Assembly (NCBI GenBank): GCA_951406725.2
Contig: OX597833.1
Location: 71,548,001-71,612,000, forward strand
DNA: 64,000 nt
Origin: Octopus vulgaris
Lineage: Eukaryota
Direction: 5' to 3'
Below the pieces are notes generated by a model. That model was not told the DNA's origin and made no database searches. It saw nothing but the letters and a program-made list of their open reading frames with translations. Within the stretch, counting starts at the first letter, position 1, and each line of letters starts with the position of its first letter. Of the stretch, positions 12,627 to 24,665 are shown in pieces. The translations under genes were made by a program, and so were the position numbers.

Positions 12627-13709
12627 AATCCTGTGTCAAATGCGGTGTGATTACTGATAGGCCCTCAATGTTTGTTGTATATTTCGTTATAAAAGTATCT
12701 AGATGGTGTATATTGTTAAATCAAGCAGAATAGATAAGAACACGGGATTAAGTTAATGCGAAAACAGTTTTATTTCATTTGAAACTATTACTGAACGTAT
12801 TATGTTATCTTTTATTCTTGAAATCTTTTTTTATTCTGGAAATAATTTGAAAAATCTGGAGTCTTTATGATCTGTAGTCATCACAGCCTCAGCAATTCTG
12901 AACAGCTGTCAGACGGACCTACAAAACTGAACTACAAACACTAAACCAACAGTGAGTGAGTGTCTGGCAGTATCTTATGCTCCAGAACAAGACAGAAGTA
13001 TGGTTGTATACCTGAAGCTATAGATCTGTGGACCACATTCTCTTCGCCAGCCAATGGAGAAGCCTCAATAACAGTGCTTCTCAACCGGGACCCGAAAATC
13101 TCTTAGTTTAGATGTATTTATTTCGAGAAATAATTAGGTTTCTTTCTCTTATGTTTTACAAACATGTTTCTGGTCACCGAAGCACATTCTCTCAGAGACT
13201 GTTATTGCAAACCGACGGCATAAGTGAACATACGAGAAACGAAATGAGTATTTTCAAAGAATTATCTATCAAACTAATTTGAATGGCTGTTGTTGTACAC
13301 CTGAACAGGATACTAATCAAAATAGATTTTAAAATGGTTGAGACGAAATAGACCAAATAGTAGTGGCTCTATATAACCATTTGACCTGCTAAAACTAGCA
13401 GTACCGTTTTCCACGAAGCATACTCGTTTCTCTTCAAAAGCGGAAGGACTTCTACCCAATCATTTTTAATAGTCATTTCGCACAAAATTCTTACGTTGTG
13501 CACATTTTTCCCCGCCAGAAAAATATATTAAATATACTTATTAATTATATTGTTAATCACTAGGTTATATTTTAGCACTGAATGTTCATAATTAGTGCAA
13601 TTAGTAATTAAGACAGTCTGTTCAGTGAATAACAGTTTTTCGCGTACATTATTGCCTTTTGTACACGTGTCGAAAACGTGAGTCGCGTGCACATGCGCAC
13701 AACTGAAAG

Positions 13710-13969
13710 CAGTGGTTTCCAAAGTGGGCAGTACTGCCCCTGGGGGTGGGGTGGAAAGGTCCAGCGGAGAGGGTGTTGAAGAAAGTGGGATGATAATGGA
13801 GTGGCCAAAATGCGGTGATAGATGTAAAAAAAAACTATCAATAAGTTAAAGTTTTTTTTGTGAAAAATAGTTGTTTTGATTTTGCTGCAGAATGTGGGGT
13901 GTGGGGGCTCTAGGAATGTGGCTTGGGTGCAAAGGGGGCAGCAGCCCTGAAAAAGTTTGGGGTCTACTG
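13710..13969. mobile_element. hAT (Charlie-like) MITE
   Basis: Termini cagtggtttccaaa / tttggggtctactg; degenerate 8-bp TSD actgaaag / gcttaaag. Confidence 0.75.
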
Positions 13970-14017
13970 GCTTAAAGCAATCGTTCTCACGCTCCTTCAC
14001 ATGAACTTATTATGGTG

Positions 14018-14198
14018 AGAATGGTTGTATACTGTCAATCTAACGTGAACGTGACAGTAGGGGGTTACACCACCGCTGTTTAGCCCTAGGAAGCATCGAC
14101 GCTTCCTGCTGGCTTCGACACATCGATGCTTCCTAGGGCTAAACAGCGGTGGTGTAATCCCCTACGGTCACGTTAGATTGACAGTACACAACCATTCT
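14018..14198. mobile_element. Near-perfect ~180-bp hairpin (MITE-like)
   Basis: agaatggttgtatactgtcaatctaacgtga...gtttagccctaggaagcatcga pairs with tcgatgcttcctagggctaaac...tcacgttagattgacagtacacaaccattct. Confidence 0.85.
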
Positions 14199-14482
14199 AT
14201 CGCCCCCACCACCGTACATATCTCTATGAGATATTTAGAAATTTAATACTTCTGATATATATATATATATATATATAAGTTATAGGATTCGGTAGAATCT
14301 AGGCATATTAACAGGTAAGACACCAGAATTGGCTAGGTACAATGACATAGGGTTCACACTGAGGTAAAACAAAATTTTGCCTGAAGATAGTGGGTTCTAT
14401 GCTGTGGTGTAATCTATGAATACACTAATAAAATTCTATCGAAACGATTTTAAATTTTAAATCGCATTTGTTGCTCTTGTCA

Positions 14483-14638
14483 GGCGTAGCTTGCGGTAAG
14501 AAGCTTGTTTCCCAACCACGTGGATCCGGGTTCAGTCCCACCGCGCGGTACCTTGGGCTAGTGTCTTCTACTATAACCTTGAGTTGACCAAAGCCTTGCG
14601 AGTAGATTTGGTTGATGGAAACTGAAAGAAGCCTGTCG

Positions 14639-14670
<32 letters not shown>

Positions 14671-14852
14671 GATATATATATATATGTATATGTATATATA
14701 TATATGTATGTATGTATTCTTTTATTCTTTTACATGTTTCAGTCATTTGACTGCGGCCATGCTGGAATACCGCCTTTAGTCGAACAAATCGACCCAGGAC
14801 TTATTCTTTGTAATCCTTGTACTTATTCTATCGGTCTCTTTTGCCAAACCGC
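14483..14852. mobile_element. Two family A fragments in opposite orientation (5' half + at 14483-14640, 3' end - at 14718-14852) around a microsatellite
   Basis: Match to family A consensus. Confidence 0.85.
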
Positions 14853-14980
14853 TATATTTATATATATATAAATTCCTATTTGCATTATTTAATTGAGCCA
14901 CTCCACCTCTTCTTAAACCACTCACAAATAGGATAAAGACTCACTTTACGTGGTCGATCGACCTAGAAATAGAAACCATA

Positions 14981-15628
14981 TCGGTGCTACTTTGGTGCGT
15001 GATCTACAGATTAAAGGGTGATTACTTTAGGTTACTCTTTAGTTTACTTTTCAATGTCCAAGATCCCTTAAGACGTCGACTAAAGATTTTTACAATGTGA
15101 TCAGCGACGAGACGAGAACAGTTGCATCTTTACGAAGAAATGACTTTTTCGGTGTTGAAGAAAATATTACACCATGTCATTGTTGTGGTGGAGGAATTAA
15201 GGAAGCTCGAAGAAATGGGGAAAATGGTGAAATTTTGCCAACTTCACGTTGCAAAACTCACGGCTGCCAAACTTGTGTAATCTACGCGATTATCTTAATA
15301 TTATATTGTTTTTTCTTGGTTTCTTCTTTTTATTTACTTAGACAGAAATGAAACATGGTTTTATTATTATTAAAATAGTAAGAATTTTGAAAAAATGCAT
15401 TTACAATTCTAAGTATGTACAAAAGAATTTATAAAAGCATTTGAATAGCAATTTGATAATAAAGATGGAATTCAAATTTGAATAATTTTATCTATGTAAA
15501 GAGCGAGCATCTGCTGGAGATGCAAGAACATTTTAAGGGGTTTTTTTAGAAATTGAAAAGTAAACTAAAATGTGACCTAAAATAAAATTGCCCTTTGAGC
15601 TGTAGATCACACGCCAAAGTAGCACCAA
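14981..15628. mobile_element. Non-autonomous TA-flanked DNA transposon (Tc1/mariner-type) with ~72-bp TIRs
   Basis: ggtgctactttggtgcgtgatctacag...tttagtttacttttcaat (14983-15055) inverted at 15552-15626; TA on both sides; solo TIR copy at 16702-16750. Confidence 0.8.
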
Positions 15629-15849
15629 TAATGATAACGATGATGATGATGATGGTCGCTCGGTTTCGACGTGTGAGTGTTTGAAGGAAAGGACTTAAAG
15701 AGAGTAATGGAAAGAAAAAGAAAAAAGAAACCACTAAGAAACTGCATCTATTTGCGATGGATGTGTGGATTTGAGCCGAGGTGTGGATTTTGCTGTGAAG
15801 TCGCAATGGAGACGTCGATCATTTTCATTTTGCCTTAGATTGGGTAAAT

Positions 15850-16030
15850 GCATCTGTTCGTTGCAGCATAGAGTTCTTCTATTGGTTTTTCAGCTTCCAC
15901 TCAAGTTGTTTGGATGCATCCTGACACATTTTACGCCAGGCAGATCGATCTAGGCAATGACTCTCCCAAGATGTCAGGATAAGCTGTAGAGATTTTAGGG
16001 ATTGCTTCAACATATCCTTATACCTAAGGA
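15850..16030 (-). pseudogene. RTE-clade LINE 3' fragment, interrupted by SINE C
   Basis: LRYKDMLKQSLKSLQLILTSWESHCLDRSAWRK matches the RTE C-terminal pattern (RYKD.LK..L....W...A.DR..WR); RTGRS continues beyond the SINE at 16425-16440. Confidence 0.75.
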
Positions 16031-16412
16031 GGAGGCGCAATGGCCCAGTGGTTAGGGCAGCGGACTCGCGGTCGTAGGATCGCGGTTTCGATTCCCAGAC
16101 CGGACGTTGTGAGTGTTTATTGAGCGAAAACACCTAAAAGCTCCACGAGGCTCCGGCAGGGATGGTGGTGATCCCTGCTGTACTCTTTCACCACAACTCT
16201 CTCTCACTCTTACTTCCTGTTTCTGTTGTACCTGTATTTCAAAGGGCCGGCCTTGTCACTCTCTGTGTCACGCTGAATATCCCCGAGAACTACGTTAAGG
16301 GTACACGTGTCTGTGGAGTGCTCAGCCACTTACACGTTAATTTCACGAGCAGGCTGTTCCGTTGATTCGGATCAACCGGAACCCTCGTCGTCGTAACCGA
16401 CGGAGTGCTTCC
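16031..16412 (+). mobile_element. SINE family C (tRNA-derived), full length
   Basis: Box A tggcccagtgg, box B gtttcgattcc; TSD atacctaagga (16020-16030) / atacccaagga (16414-16424). Confidence 0.93.
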
Positions 16413-16438
16413 AATACCCAAGGAAGATCTTCCTGTCC

Positions 16439-16493
<55 letters not shown>

Positions 16494-16495
16494 TA

Positions 16496-16680
16496 ACTGT
16501 GGGTAAAGATATAGACAAATGGTTGGAGGAGATTGTACAAGAATGTCCTGTAGAGCTTCAATAGAAAGTTTGCCTCTAAGGAACAGCAGAGATTACCAGG
16601 AGAGTTCTAAGTACTTGAAAGACTATTGAAAGATTGTATATAGTTCAGGTTACAGGTAGTAACCTGCTACCCACATAAAT
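16496..16680 (+). pseudogene. Extreme 3' end of a Dong/R4-clade LINE directly after (TAA)n
   Basis: TVGKDIDKWLEEIVQECPVELQ*KVCL*GTAEITRRVLST* matches the R4-clade C-terminus (LQK..LLGTARI.R.VL). Confidence 0.75.
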
Positions 16681-17009
16681 TCTACCACAAGGCACTTTGG
16701 GCGGTGCTACTTTGGCGTGTGATCTACCATTTAAAGGGCAATTACTTGCGTTTCATTTTGTACACGGACTTTTTCAAACGGACAAAACCCTTTGTAACTT
16801 TCGTCCTCTGTTTTGTCCCTTTATGTTTTAATTGATTTTTGTTAGCCCTTGTGGCCAATAAACGAATTCTTCTTCTTCTTATTATTATTATTATTGTTGT
16901 TGTTGTTGTTGTTGTTATTTAAAACTGTGATTCGGTCCCATGCTTGTATGTATGTATGTATCTATTTATGTATGTGTGTGTGTGTGTGTGTGTGTGCGTG
17001 GGCGTGCGT

Positions 17010-17417
17010 GTATCTTTTATCTTTTACTTGTTTCGGTTATTAGACTGCGGCCATGCTGGGGCATCACCTTGAAGAATTTTTAATTGAATGAATCGACCCC
17101 AGAACTTCTTTTTAAAGCTTGCTACTTATTTTCTGTCTCTCTTTTGCCGAACTGCTAGATTACGAGGACGTAAACACACCAACACCGGTTGTTAAACGGT
17201 AGTGGGCGACAAACATACACACACACGCACGCGCACAGACAGACAGACACACACACACACACATAAATATACACCGGGCTTCTTTCAGTTTCCGTCTACC
17301 AAATCCACTCACAGGGCTTTGGTTGGCCCGAGGCTACAGTAGAAGACACTTGACCAAGGTGCCACGGAGTGGGAGTGAACCCGGTACCATGTGGTTGGTA
17401 AGCAAGCTTCTTACCAT
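17010..17417 (-). mobile_element. SINE family A, older full-length copy
   Basis: Family A consensus, more diverged. Confidence 0.9.
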
Positions 17418-17467
17418 ATATATCCACACACATGCACACACACACACGCACACACATCTATATACGT

Positions 17468-17630
17468 ATTCTTTTCTACTCTAGGCACAAGGCCCGAAAT
17501 TTTGGGGGAGGGGTCCAGTCGATGAGATCGACCCCAGTACGCAACTGGTACTTAATTTATCGACCCTGAAAGGATGAAAGGCAAGCCAATCTCGGCGGAA
17601 TTTGAACTCAGAACGTAAAGACAGACGAAC
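17468..17630 (-). mobile_element. SINE family B with type-2 tail, 5'-truncated
   Basis: Tail ccttgtgcctagagtagaaaagaat plus B centre. Confidence 0.85.
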
Positions 17631-17811
17631 ACCTATATACATATTGATATACCTACGTGTGTGTGTGTGTGTTTGTGTGTATGTGAGAGGGTTGGTGTGC
17701 GCGCGCGCGTCAGTTGCCTCCTTCCAAGAGATTGTCTTAAAATCTCCCCTCAGTACAATTCACTTAATACAGTCTGGCCGGATGTTATTGTTGCCTCGGT
17801 CATCAAGTGCA

Positions 17812-18032
17812 ATGTGTGTGTGTGTATATGGATGTGTAGATGTATGTGTGTGTATGGATGTGTAGATGTGTGTGTGTGTGGATGTGTAGATGTGTGTGTG
17901 TGTATAGATGTGTGTGTGTGTGTATGGATGTGTGGATGTGTAGATGTGTGTGTGTAGATGTGTGTATAGATGTGTGTGTATAGATGTATGTGTGTATAGA
18001 TGTGTGTGTGTATAGATGTATGTGTGTATGTG
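17812..18032. repeat. (GT)n interspersed with AGAT/GGAT, cryptic minisatellite
   Basis: Direct inspection. Confidence 0.9.
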
Positions 18033-18459
18033 ACATTATAAAGCAAAGAAAAACTAATTAAAAGCGAACTCCTTCGCTGGAAACAGCAGCCAAATCTCAT
18101 TAAACTCGCCCGTTACCTTCTGAAAACAGGAGGACATGTTAGACAACGTTCGTTCGCGATAACACTTTCCTCTGAATGGAAGATTGGATGAGAACAGCTG
18201 GAGAACCTTTTTAATTCGTAACTCTTTCGTTAATAGGGGTGTTACCCGGTGCTAAACCAGCAACAGCCATAACACCATTGCCTAGTCACAGACGATCGGT
18301 CGCCTGTCACATCCGCCAACGGCCATACACAGAGTGGAGCCGGCTATTTTTATTCTTTCTGCCCTTCAGGTGTTGTTATCGTCGTTGTAACCCTAGGTCA
18401 ATTCTAACCAAGCGCTGCTCGGCAAGCAGTCACTATGGTACAAATCCACCTTCCAATTT

Positions 18460-19213
18460 GGTTCCTCATAACTTCCAGAAAAATGGATATTTTTCAATGG
18501 AATTTTCCATAAATACGCTGCATATAGTCTAGATTCCGATTATATCGGAATTTATTGTGAAAACCTTTTCCCAAGGGGACGGGGAAGAGAAATTTCGGAA
18601 AATCCATGAGTCGGTTTTGTTCCCTCATAACTTTCCGAAAAGTAAATATTTTTTTAATGAGATTTTCTACAAAACCCTTTCACAAGATGTAGATTCCAAT
18701 TATATCGGAAGTCAATTATTTTTTAAATACGTAACGTGAGGCGGCGAGCTGGCAGAGACGTTAGCGTGCCGGGTGAAATGCGTAGCCGTATTTCGTCTGC
18801 CGTTACGTTCTGAGTTCAAATTCCGCCGAGGTCGACTTTGCCTTTCATCCTTTCGGGGTCGATTAAATAAGTACCAGTTACGCACTGGGATCGATGTAAT
18901 CGACTTAATTCCTTTGTCTGTCCTTGTTTGTCCCCTCTATGTTTAGCCCCTTGCGGGCAGTAAAGAAATATATTTTTTAAGAAAGAAAAGAAAAAGTGGC
19001 AGGCACGCACACGCACATACTGACACGCATCATAGAATTTTTATCAAATGTTCAAGTTTCAGTTTGCAGATAAACGTAACGTGAGTCAGTACGTATGTGT
19101 GCGCGCCCGCCATTTTGTTCTCACATCAAATTCCGATATAATCGTGATGTACACAATCTGAAGAGTATTTGTAAAAAAATTTAATCAATAAAAAAAATCT
19201 TTTTTCCATGAGG
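18460..19213. mobile_element. Decayed element with ~90-bp unit repeated direct (18460, 18620) and inverted (19128), interrupted by SINE B
   Basis: cctcataactt...tagattccgattatatcggaa twice; aaattccgatataatc...catgagg inverted. Confidence 0.5.
18739..18970 (+). mobile_element. SINE family B, full length
   Basis: Matches 7234-7466 consensus. Confidence 0.95.
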
Positions 19214-20388
19214 CGGGACACAATTATGTAGGTCTGCCCAAAAGCTGTCAGCTGAACTGTGGGGGGTTGCCATGGGCAGATTCATTTTCTCAGTTATACA
19301 ATGATCTTCGCTTAGTTGAGGACTAGGGGGTATACACTAGTGATCCTCAAATTAGGTGGTTTTGGCCATATGGAAACGCTGTGAACTCACAGGGTGGAGC
19401 GAAAACTGTCAAAGGGGATGCTATAGGGGACTTTATTCCTGTATGGCCATAGATTTCGGTTAATGTTGACGGCGGAGGCGGACCAGAGGTGTAGCTAGAT
19501 TGTGTGCTACCCGGGGTAGCCCTCCAAATTGCTCTGTCTCTACCCTCTATACAAGCTTATACAACATATTCAAAAGTGCCACCCGCATAACAGCGCCACC
19601 CGGCCGAAAAGCCCCCACCGTCGTCCCCACCCTAACCACGCAACTGAGGTGGGCAAAAAAATCTCGATCGGGGTTTGTCAGTTACTGATACCCTGTGTTT
19701 ATCGTGGGTGATGTGTATTTGGGAAGTTGTCTTCTGATAGAGCCCCGGGTAAATCAAAGCCTGGAGAACGGAATTTGGCAGACGGAAACTGTGTGGAAGC
19801 ATGCCAGAGGAACTGTTCCTGTTCTTGGGGGTTGGACTAATCTGTTGCCCGGTTTAACACCCCCAACTGCTTCTCGGGTACTTGTAGCGGAATCCACTCT
19901 GTTGCACACCTTCAAGCCAAGTGTTTAGTCGGTGGGTAATTCCTTCAATCCTGCCCTCAGTAATGGACGCCCTGCAAACGGTCATTCGTCCGACCAAGCC
20001 ATTAGAAGTGTGTGTTGGGGGGACATTAGATTAATGGGGTCAGGCGAGATTATAGTGTCTAATGGCCAATAACGAACGCTTCTGAAAATGTGGGAGATGC
20101 TGGTCTTCTAATTTCATAGTCAATTTATTACGACACTTGGTTGGTTGCCCGGTGAATCTGTACCACCAATATTAAGAGAGGAGTCCGCCTCGACCGAACA
20201 GGACCACACAAAAAGCGACGTTCTTCGTCAGTGTTACATTCAGTGTTGTTTGAAAAAACACTTCAGATCAATGCAGGGAGTTCAACCTGTTCGGAAGAGA
20301 AGTCAATGCTCCATCAAATTGCCGCCTGTCGCCTTGAAAAAGCAAAGGCACATTGGATAGTGTAGCCCTGGATATATTATGCCAGAGG

Positions 20389-20590
20389 AGGCGGCGAGCT
20401 GGCAGAACCGTTAACACGCCGGGCGAAATGCGTGGCCGTTTTTCGTTCTGAGTTCAAATTCCGCCTTCTATCCTTTCGGGGTCGATAAATTAAGTACCAG
20501 TTACGCACTGAGGTCGATGTAATCGACTTAATCCCTTTGCCTGTCTTTGTCCCCTCTATGTTTAGCCCCTTGTGGGTAGTAAAGAAATAT
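20389..20590 (+). mobile_element. SINE family B nested in a family D copy
   Basis: 18-bp TSD atatattatgccagagga at 20372-20389 and 20589-20606. Confidence 0.95.
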
Positions 20591-21098
20591 ATATTATGCC
20601 AGAGGATTCGCTGGGATGGTCATGCTTAGAACATCTATCATATAGATCTCCTTCATCAGAGATGACAATAATAAGACCAGTAAAGTACTTTATTTGTGTC
20701 GAATAACGAAGTCCCACAGGAAAGCATTTCTTCAAATAAATCCATTATCACAAGAGAACATTTAGTTTCTAGAAGCCTTACTCCTTTGAACAATCAACTT
20801 TTCTTCTTCGAACTGGCAGCCATGTTGAATAGTACTGAACCACGTGACCACAGGGTTGGGTCACGTGCTATAACGTAACAGTCATCACTCGCGAGTGAGG
20901 CTGAACTGATAACTTGTACTATTCAGTTTGAAAGCGGACCGCCTGTGGCCGGAACACAAATTAAGTGCAACGTATCCTGTCCGGTGCTCTAAAAACCCTG
21001 CCTCACTCGCCCCGCCCCCACATACATCTTTATGTAGGTTCCTTTAATAAGTACCATGAACGAAACTCCTGGCCCTTGAGTCACCTTTATAAATTATC

Positions 21099-21254
21099 GT
21101 GGCTGTGTGGTAAGTAGCTTGCTAACCAACCACATGGTTGCGGGTTCAGTCCCACTGCGTGGCACCTTGGGCAAGTGTCTTCTACTATAGCCTCGGGCCG
21201 ACCAATGCCTTCTGAGTGGATTTGGTAGACGGAAACTGAAAGAAGCCTGTCGTA

Positions 21255-21288
<34 letters not shown>

Positions 21289-21508
21289 TTTGTGTGTCTG
21301 TGTTTGTCCCCCCCCCCCCCCAGCATTGCTTGACAACCGATGCTTGTGTGTTTACGTCCCCGTCACTTAGCGGTTCGGCAAAAGAGACCGATAGAATAAG
21401 TACTGGGCTTACAAAGAATAAGTCCCGGGGTCGATTTGCTCGACTAAAGGCGGTGCTCCAGCATGGCCGCAGTCAAATGACTGAAACAAGTAAAAGAGTA
21501 AAGAGTAA
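21099..21508 (+). mobile_element. SINE family A, full length
   Basis: Family A consensus. Confidence 0.93.
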
Positions 21509-23423
21509 TTAAAAATAATACAAACTGTTTAATCACTCATGTATTGAGTTCTACTGCTCCTGTTTGTTCCACCAAACACACACACAGAAGCGCAGAGAGA
21601 GAGAGAGAGATGTATAGGTACCTCAGACACACATATACATACGTACACGCATGCGTATACATGAAGAAGACCAGCCTCATCCAAAGCGCAATAAAATATC
21701 TTTGCCATTTCAAAAGAGAGATTATTAAATCGTTGCCAGCGGAAAAGATAAACAGACATTGATTGTTTATAATCGACGCAGAGTCTGAGATTTTATGGCG
21801 GAAGTAAATGAGATTGTTTCATGTTCATAGTTATGTTCCAAGAACATTAGCCACCATAAATATCAACCGACCTTAAAGAACCAAAGAACCGTTGGGTGCC
21901 ATATATGCATACATCGCAACAACAATAAAAAATTATCTCGTTATGGTGTGGCCTTCGTATGAGACTCGATAGTCATGGGCATTAGTTTGTTATTATTATT
22001 ATTATTATTATTATCATTATTATTATAGAATGGTAAACTGTTTGAAGCGTTGTGTAAAGGGTGATATGTCAACAATATTAGGACGGATCTAGAAACGAAA
22101 ATTAATCCAGGTTTGTCTACACAAGGAATGCTTGGAGAAATATTGGTGAAACAGATCGATCAAAGCAACGGGGAGAACAGATCCAAAATAACGATTCGGG
22201 GGTAAAAATGGGTAGGCAAAGAGAAAAAGGGACAGTTGAATAACTAGTGACGTACTTAATAGTATATAGATGAAGAAATAAAAAATCTTTGTGATTTTGG
22301 AACATTTTTGAGGGGACGGGTAAGTCGGTTAGATCGATCCCATATGTGGCTGGTACTTTAATATATCGACCCTGAAAAGCTGAGAAGCAAAATTGATTTC
22401 GATGGGAAATGAACACAGAACCACGTCAAGAGCCGGAATAATTACCGTTAAGTATTTTGTCGGATGCACTTTACGATTTTGTCAGTCTTGAAAATAATAA
22501 TGATAATATTAATTGAATTAATTAAATTTATGTTTGTAGGGAAGAGTAGAAATAAGCCGAATAACTAATGTGAATTAGATCCGATGGAAGGGGACGAGGG
22601 GCGACAGTTCCGAAATTTGAACTATTTGAAAATTTGAATTATTCATGCAGCGAGGAGACGAAGACATTAGCGGGAGGATTAGTGGTTAATTAATCTGTTT
22701 GATGTTTATTTAATCTAATCTGGCAAATATGGTCGTTCGTTACGTTGAACACGTTCTAATCTAATCAGACCTTCTCAGCAAGAGACGAAATACGCCCGCT
22801 GTTGTTGTTGTCGTTGTAGATACTTTGTTGCTTGCCAGTGGCAGATAGAATCAATCAACCAATCGATCAATCAGTCAATCAATCAATCAATCATCATCGT
22901 CATCTTCCTCCTCAGCATCGACGCCATCGTTTCCACCACCACCACCATAAACCATCCCTTTAAAGCCATTCATGACCGATTCAATTACAAATGTGTGGAC
23001 GGACAGGAGGTGAAGAATTTCAAAACGCTCCTTGATAGGTTGGTTGGCCACGGCCGGATTTGAACGCAAAGTACGAAGTGCCGAAAACAAACGACGCAAG
23101 GCATTCTGTCCGGGCGCTCTGACGACTCCTGCCAGTTTACCATTCCAGGCGGGGAAGTTTGTATGCCTTGATTCAGAGAGAAAAGACAACAAAATTGACT
23201 TGTGTTGGATTTGAACTCCGAACACTGGCTGCAAAGCATTTCGACAATTCAGCGCTTTAAATATCATTAGTCAGCTCCTGCCGGGAATCGAACTTACTGA
23301 CACCCAACAAACCCTTCTCGACTGGCAGCAATAACCGTCAACGCAGAGCCATTCTCACCAGTTCCTTCCATTCCGGATTATATCTTCATGTGTGTACGTA
23401 CGTATGTATGAGAGTCATACATT

Positions 23424-23424
<1 letters not shown>

Positions 23425-23500
<76 letters not shown>

Positions 23501-23649
23501 TACATATGTATATTAAATATATATACATATGTATATTAAATATATATACATATATAATATATATATATGTGTGTGTGTATGTATACTTATGTATGTGAGT
23601 ATATATATTGTACGTGTGCGTGTGGTGTGTGTATATGTGTATATATATA

Positions 23650-23695
<46 letters not shown>
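23425..23695. repeat. (CT)/(TA)/(TG) compound microsatellite
   Basis: Direct inspection. Confidence 0.95.
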
Positions 23696-24324
23696 GTACA
23701 GTGAGTCATCTATATTGAAAAAAGATAGAAAGAAAGAAAGAAAGCGAGCAGAGTGTTGCTTCTTCAAAGAAAACGAGTGATAATATCGCTGCAGATTAAC
23801 AAAAATGTTTATCGCTCAACAAAATGGCGCCTTTAATCATTTCATTGAACTAAAAGCTGTGCCAAAGCTTTTTATTATAAATGCCACATTAATTTAGCGA
23901 TGTATTCTCCATATTCTATATTCACAATGTCGTGGCCTTTTTTTCTTTCTTGTTTTCTTGTTTTTGTCTCACGCAGAGGCGTGTAAAAAGAGATAAATAT
24001 TTTAATTTTCAAAGGTACATACGAGAGATGGCAAGTTTATCAAATTTCGATAAAAAATGCTTATATAAAAGTTTAGAAATTAAATGGGAAAATGATAAGG
24101 TTATCCTGAATTCATCTTAATGATATAGTCTCCAGATGTTAGTCTATTCTCTCTCTCTCTATCTCTCTCTTTCCTCCAGCATCTCTCTCCCCCTCTCTCT
24201 CTGTTGCTACTGCTTCAAGTGTTGCGTCTACCATCTTTGATCTCGTCCCGACACACCGTACCTGTTCACTGAGGTGTGATAGTGTTTAAACCTGATTCAA
24301 CGACCGATTCAGTGGCTTATAACT

Positions 24325-24665
24325 CAAGGCACAACATCAATAGCGGAAAGTGTAACCTCTCGAAAGAGCTGTTCTTCACTCCTGCTCCAGAGCGTCGGCT
24401 GCGGGGTCATTCCGAAAAGCTCTATCTGCGACGATTTCATCTCAATCGAAGGAGAGGGGCTTTCTCCGTCCGGGTTGCGGATCCGTGGAACAAGCTGCCA
24501 GACGAGATGATGAAGATGCCAACGACCGTTCGGTTCAAAGTCTCCCTTGACCTCAAGTGGCCTGAACTCTTTACATGAACACCACCCTGTACATAACTCC
24601 ATGTCCCCCTACATGGCCTTGCTTTTTGCTTTTTGAGCCAAAAAATTAACTAACTAACTAACTAA
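24325..24665 (+). pseudogene. CR1-clade LINE 3' end with (TAAC)n tail
   Basis: LRGHSEKLYLRRFHLNRRRGAFSVRVADPWNKLPDEMM..FKVSLD matches the CR1 C-terminal motif (RGH..KL....R..FFS.RV...WN.LP....FK..LD); tail aattaactaactaactaactaa. Confidence 0.88.

Noticed and set aside
16031-16105. tRNA gene
   Set aside because: tRNA-like SINE head with body, tail and TSD; no acceptor stem or poly-T terminator
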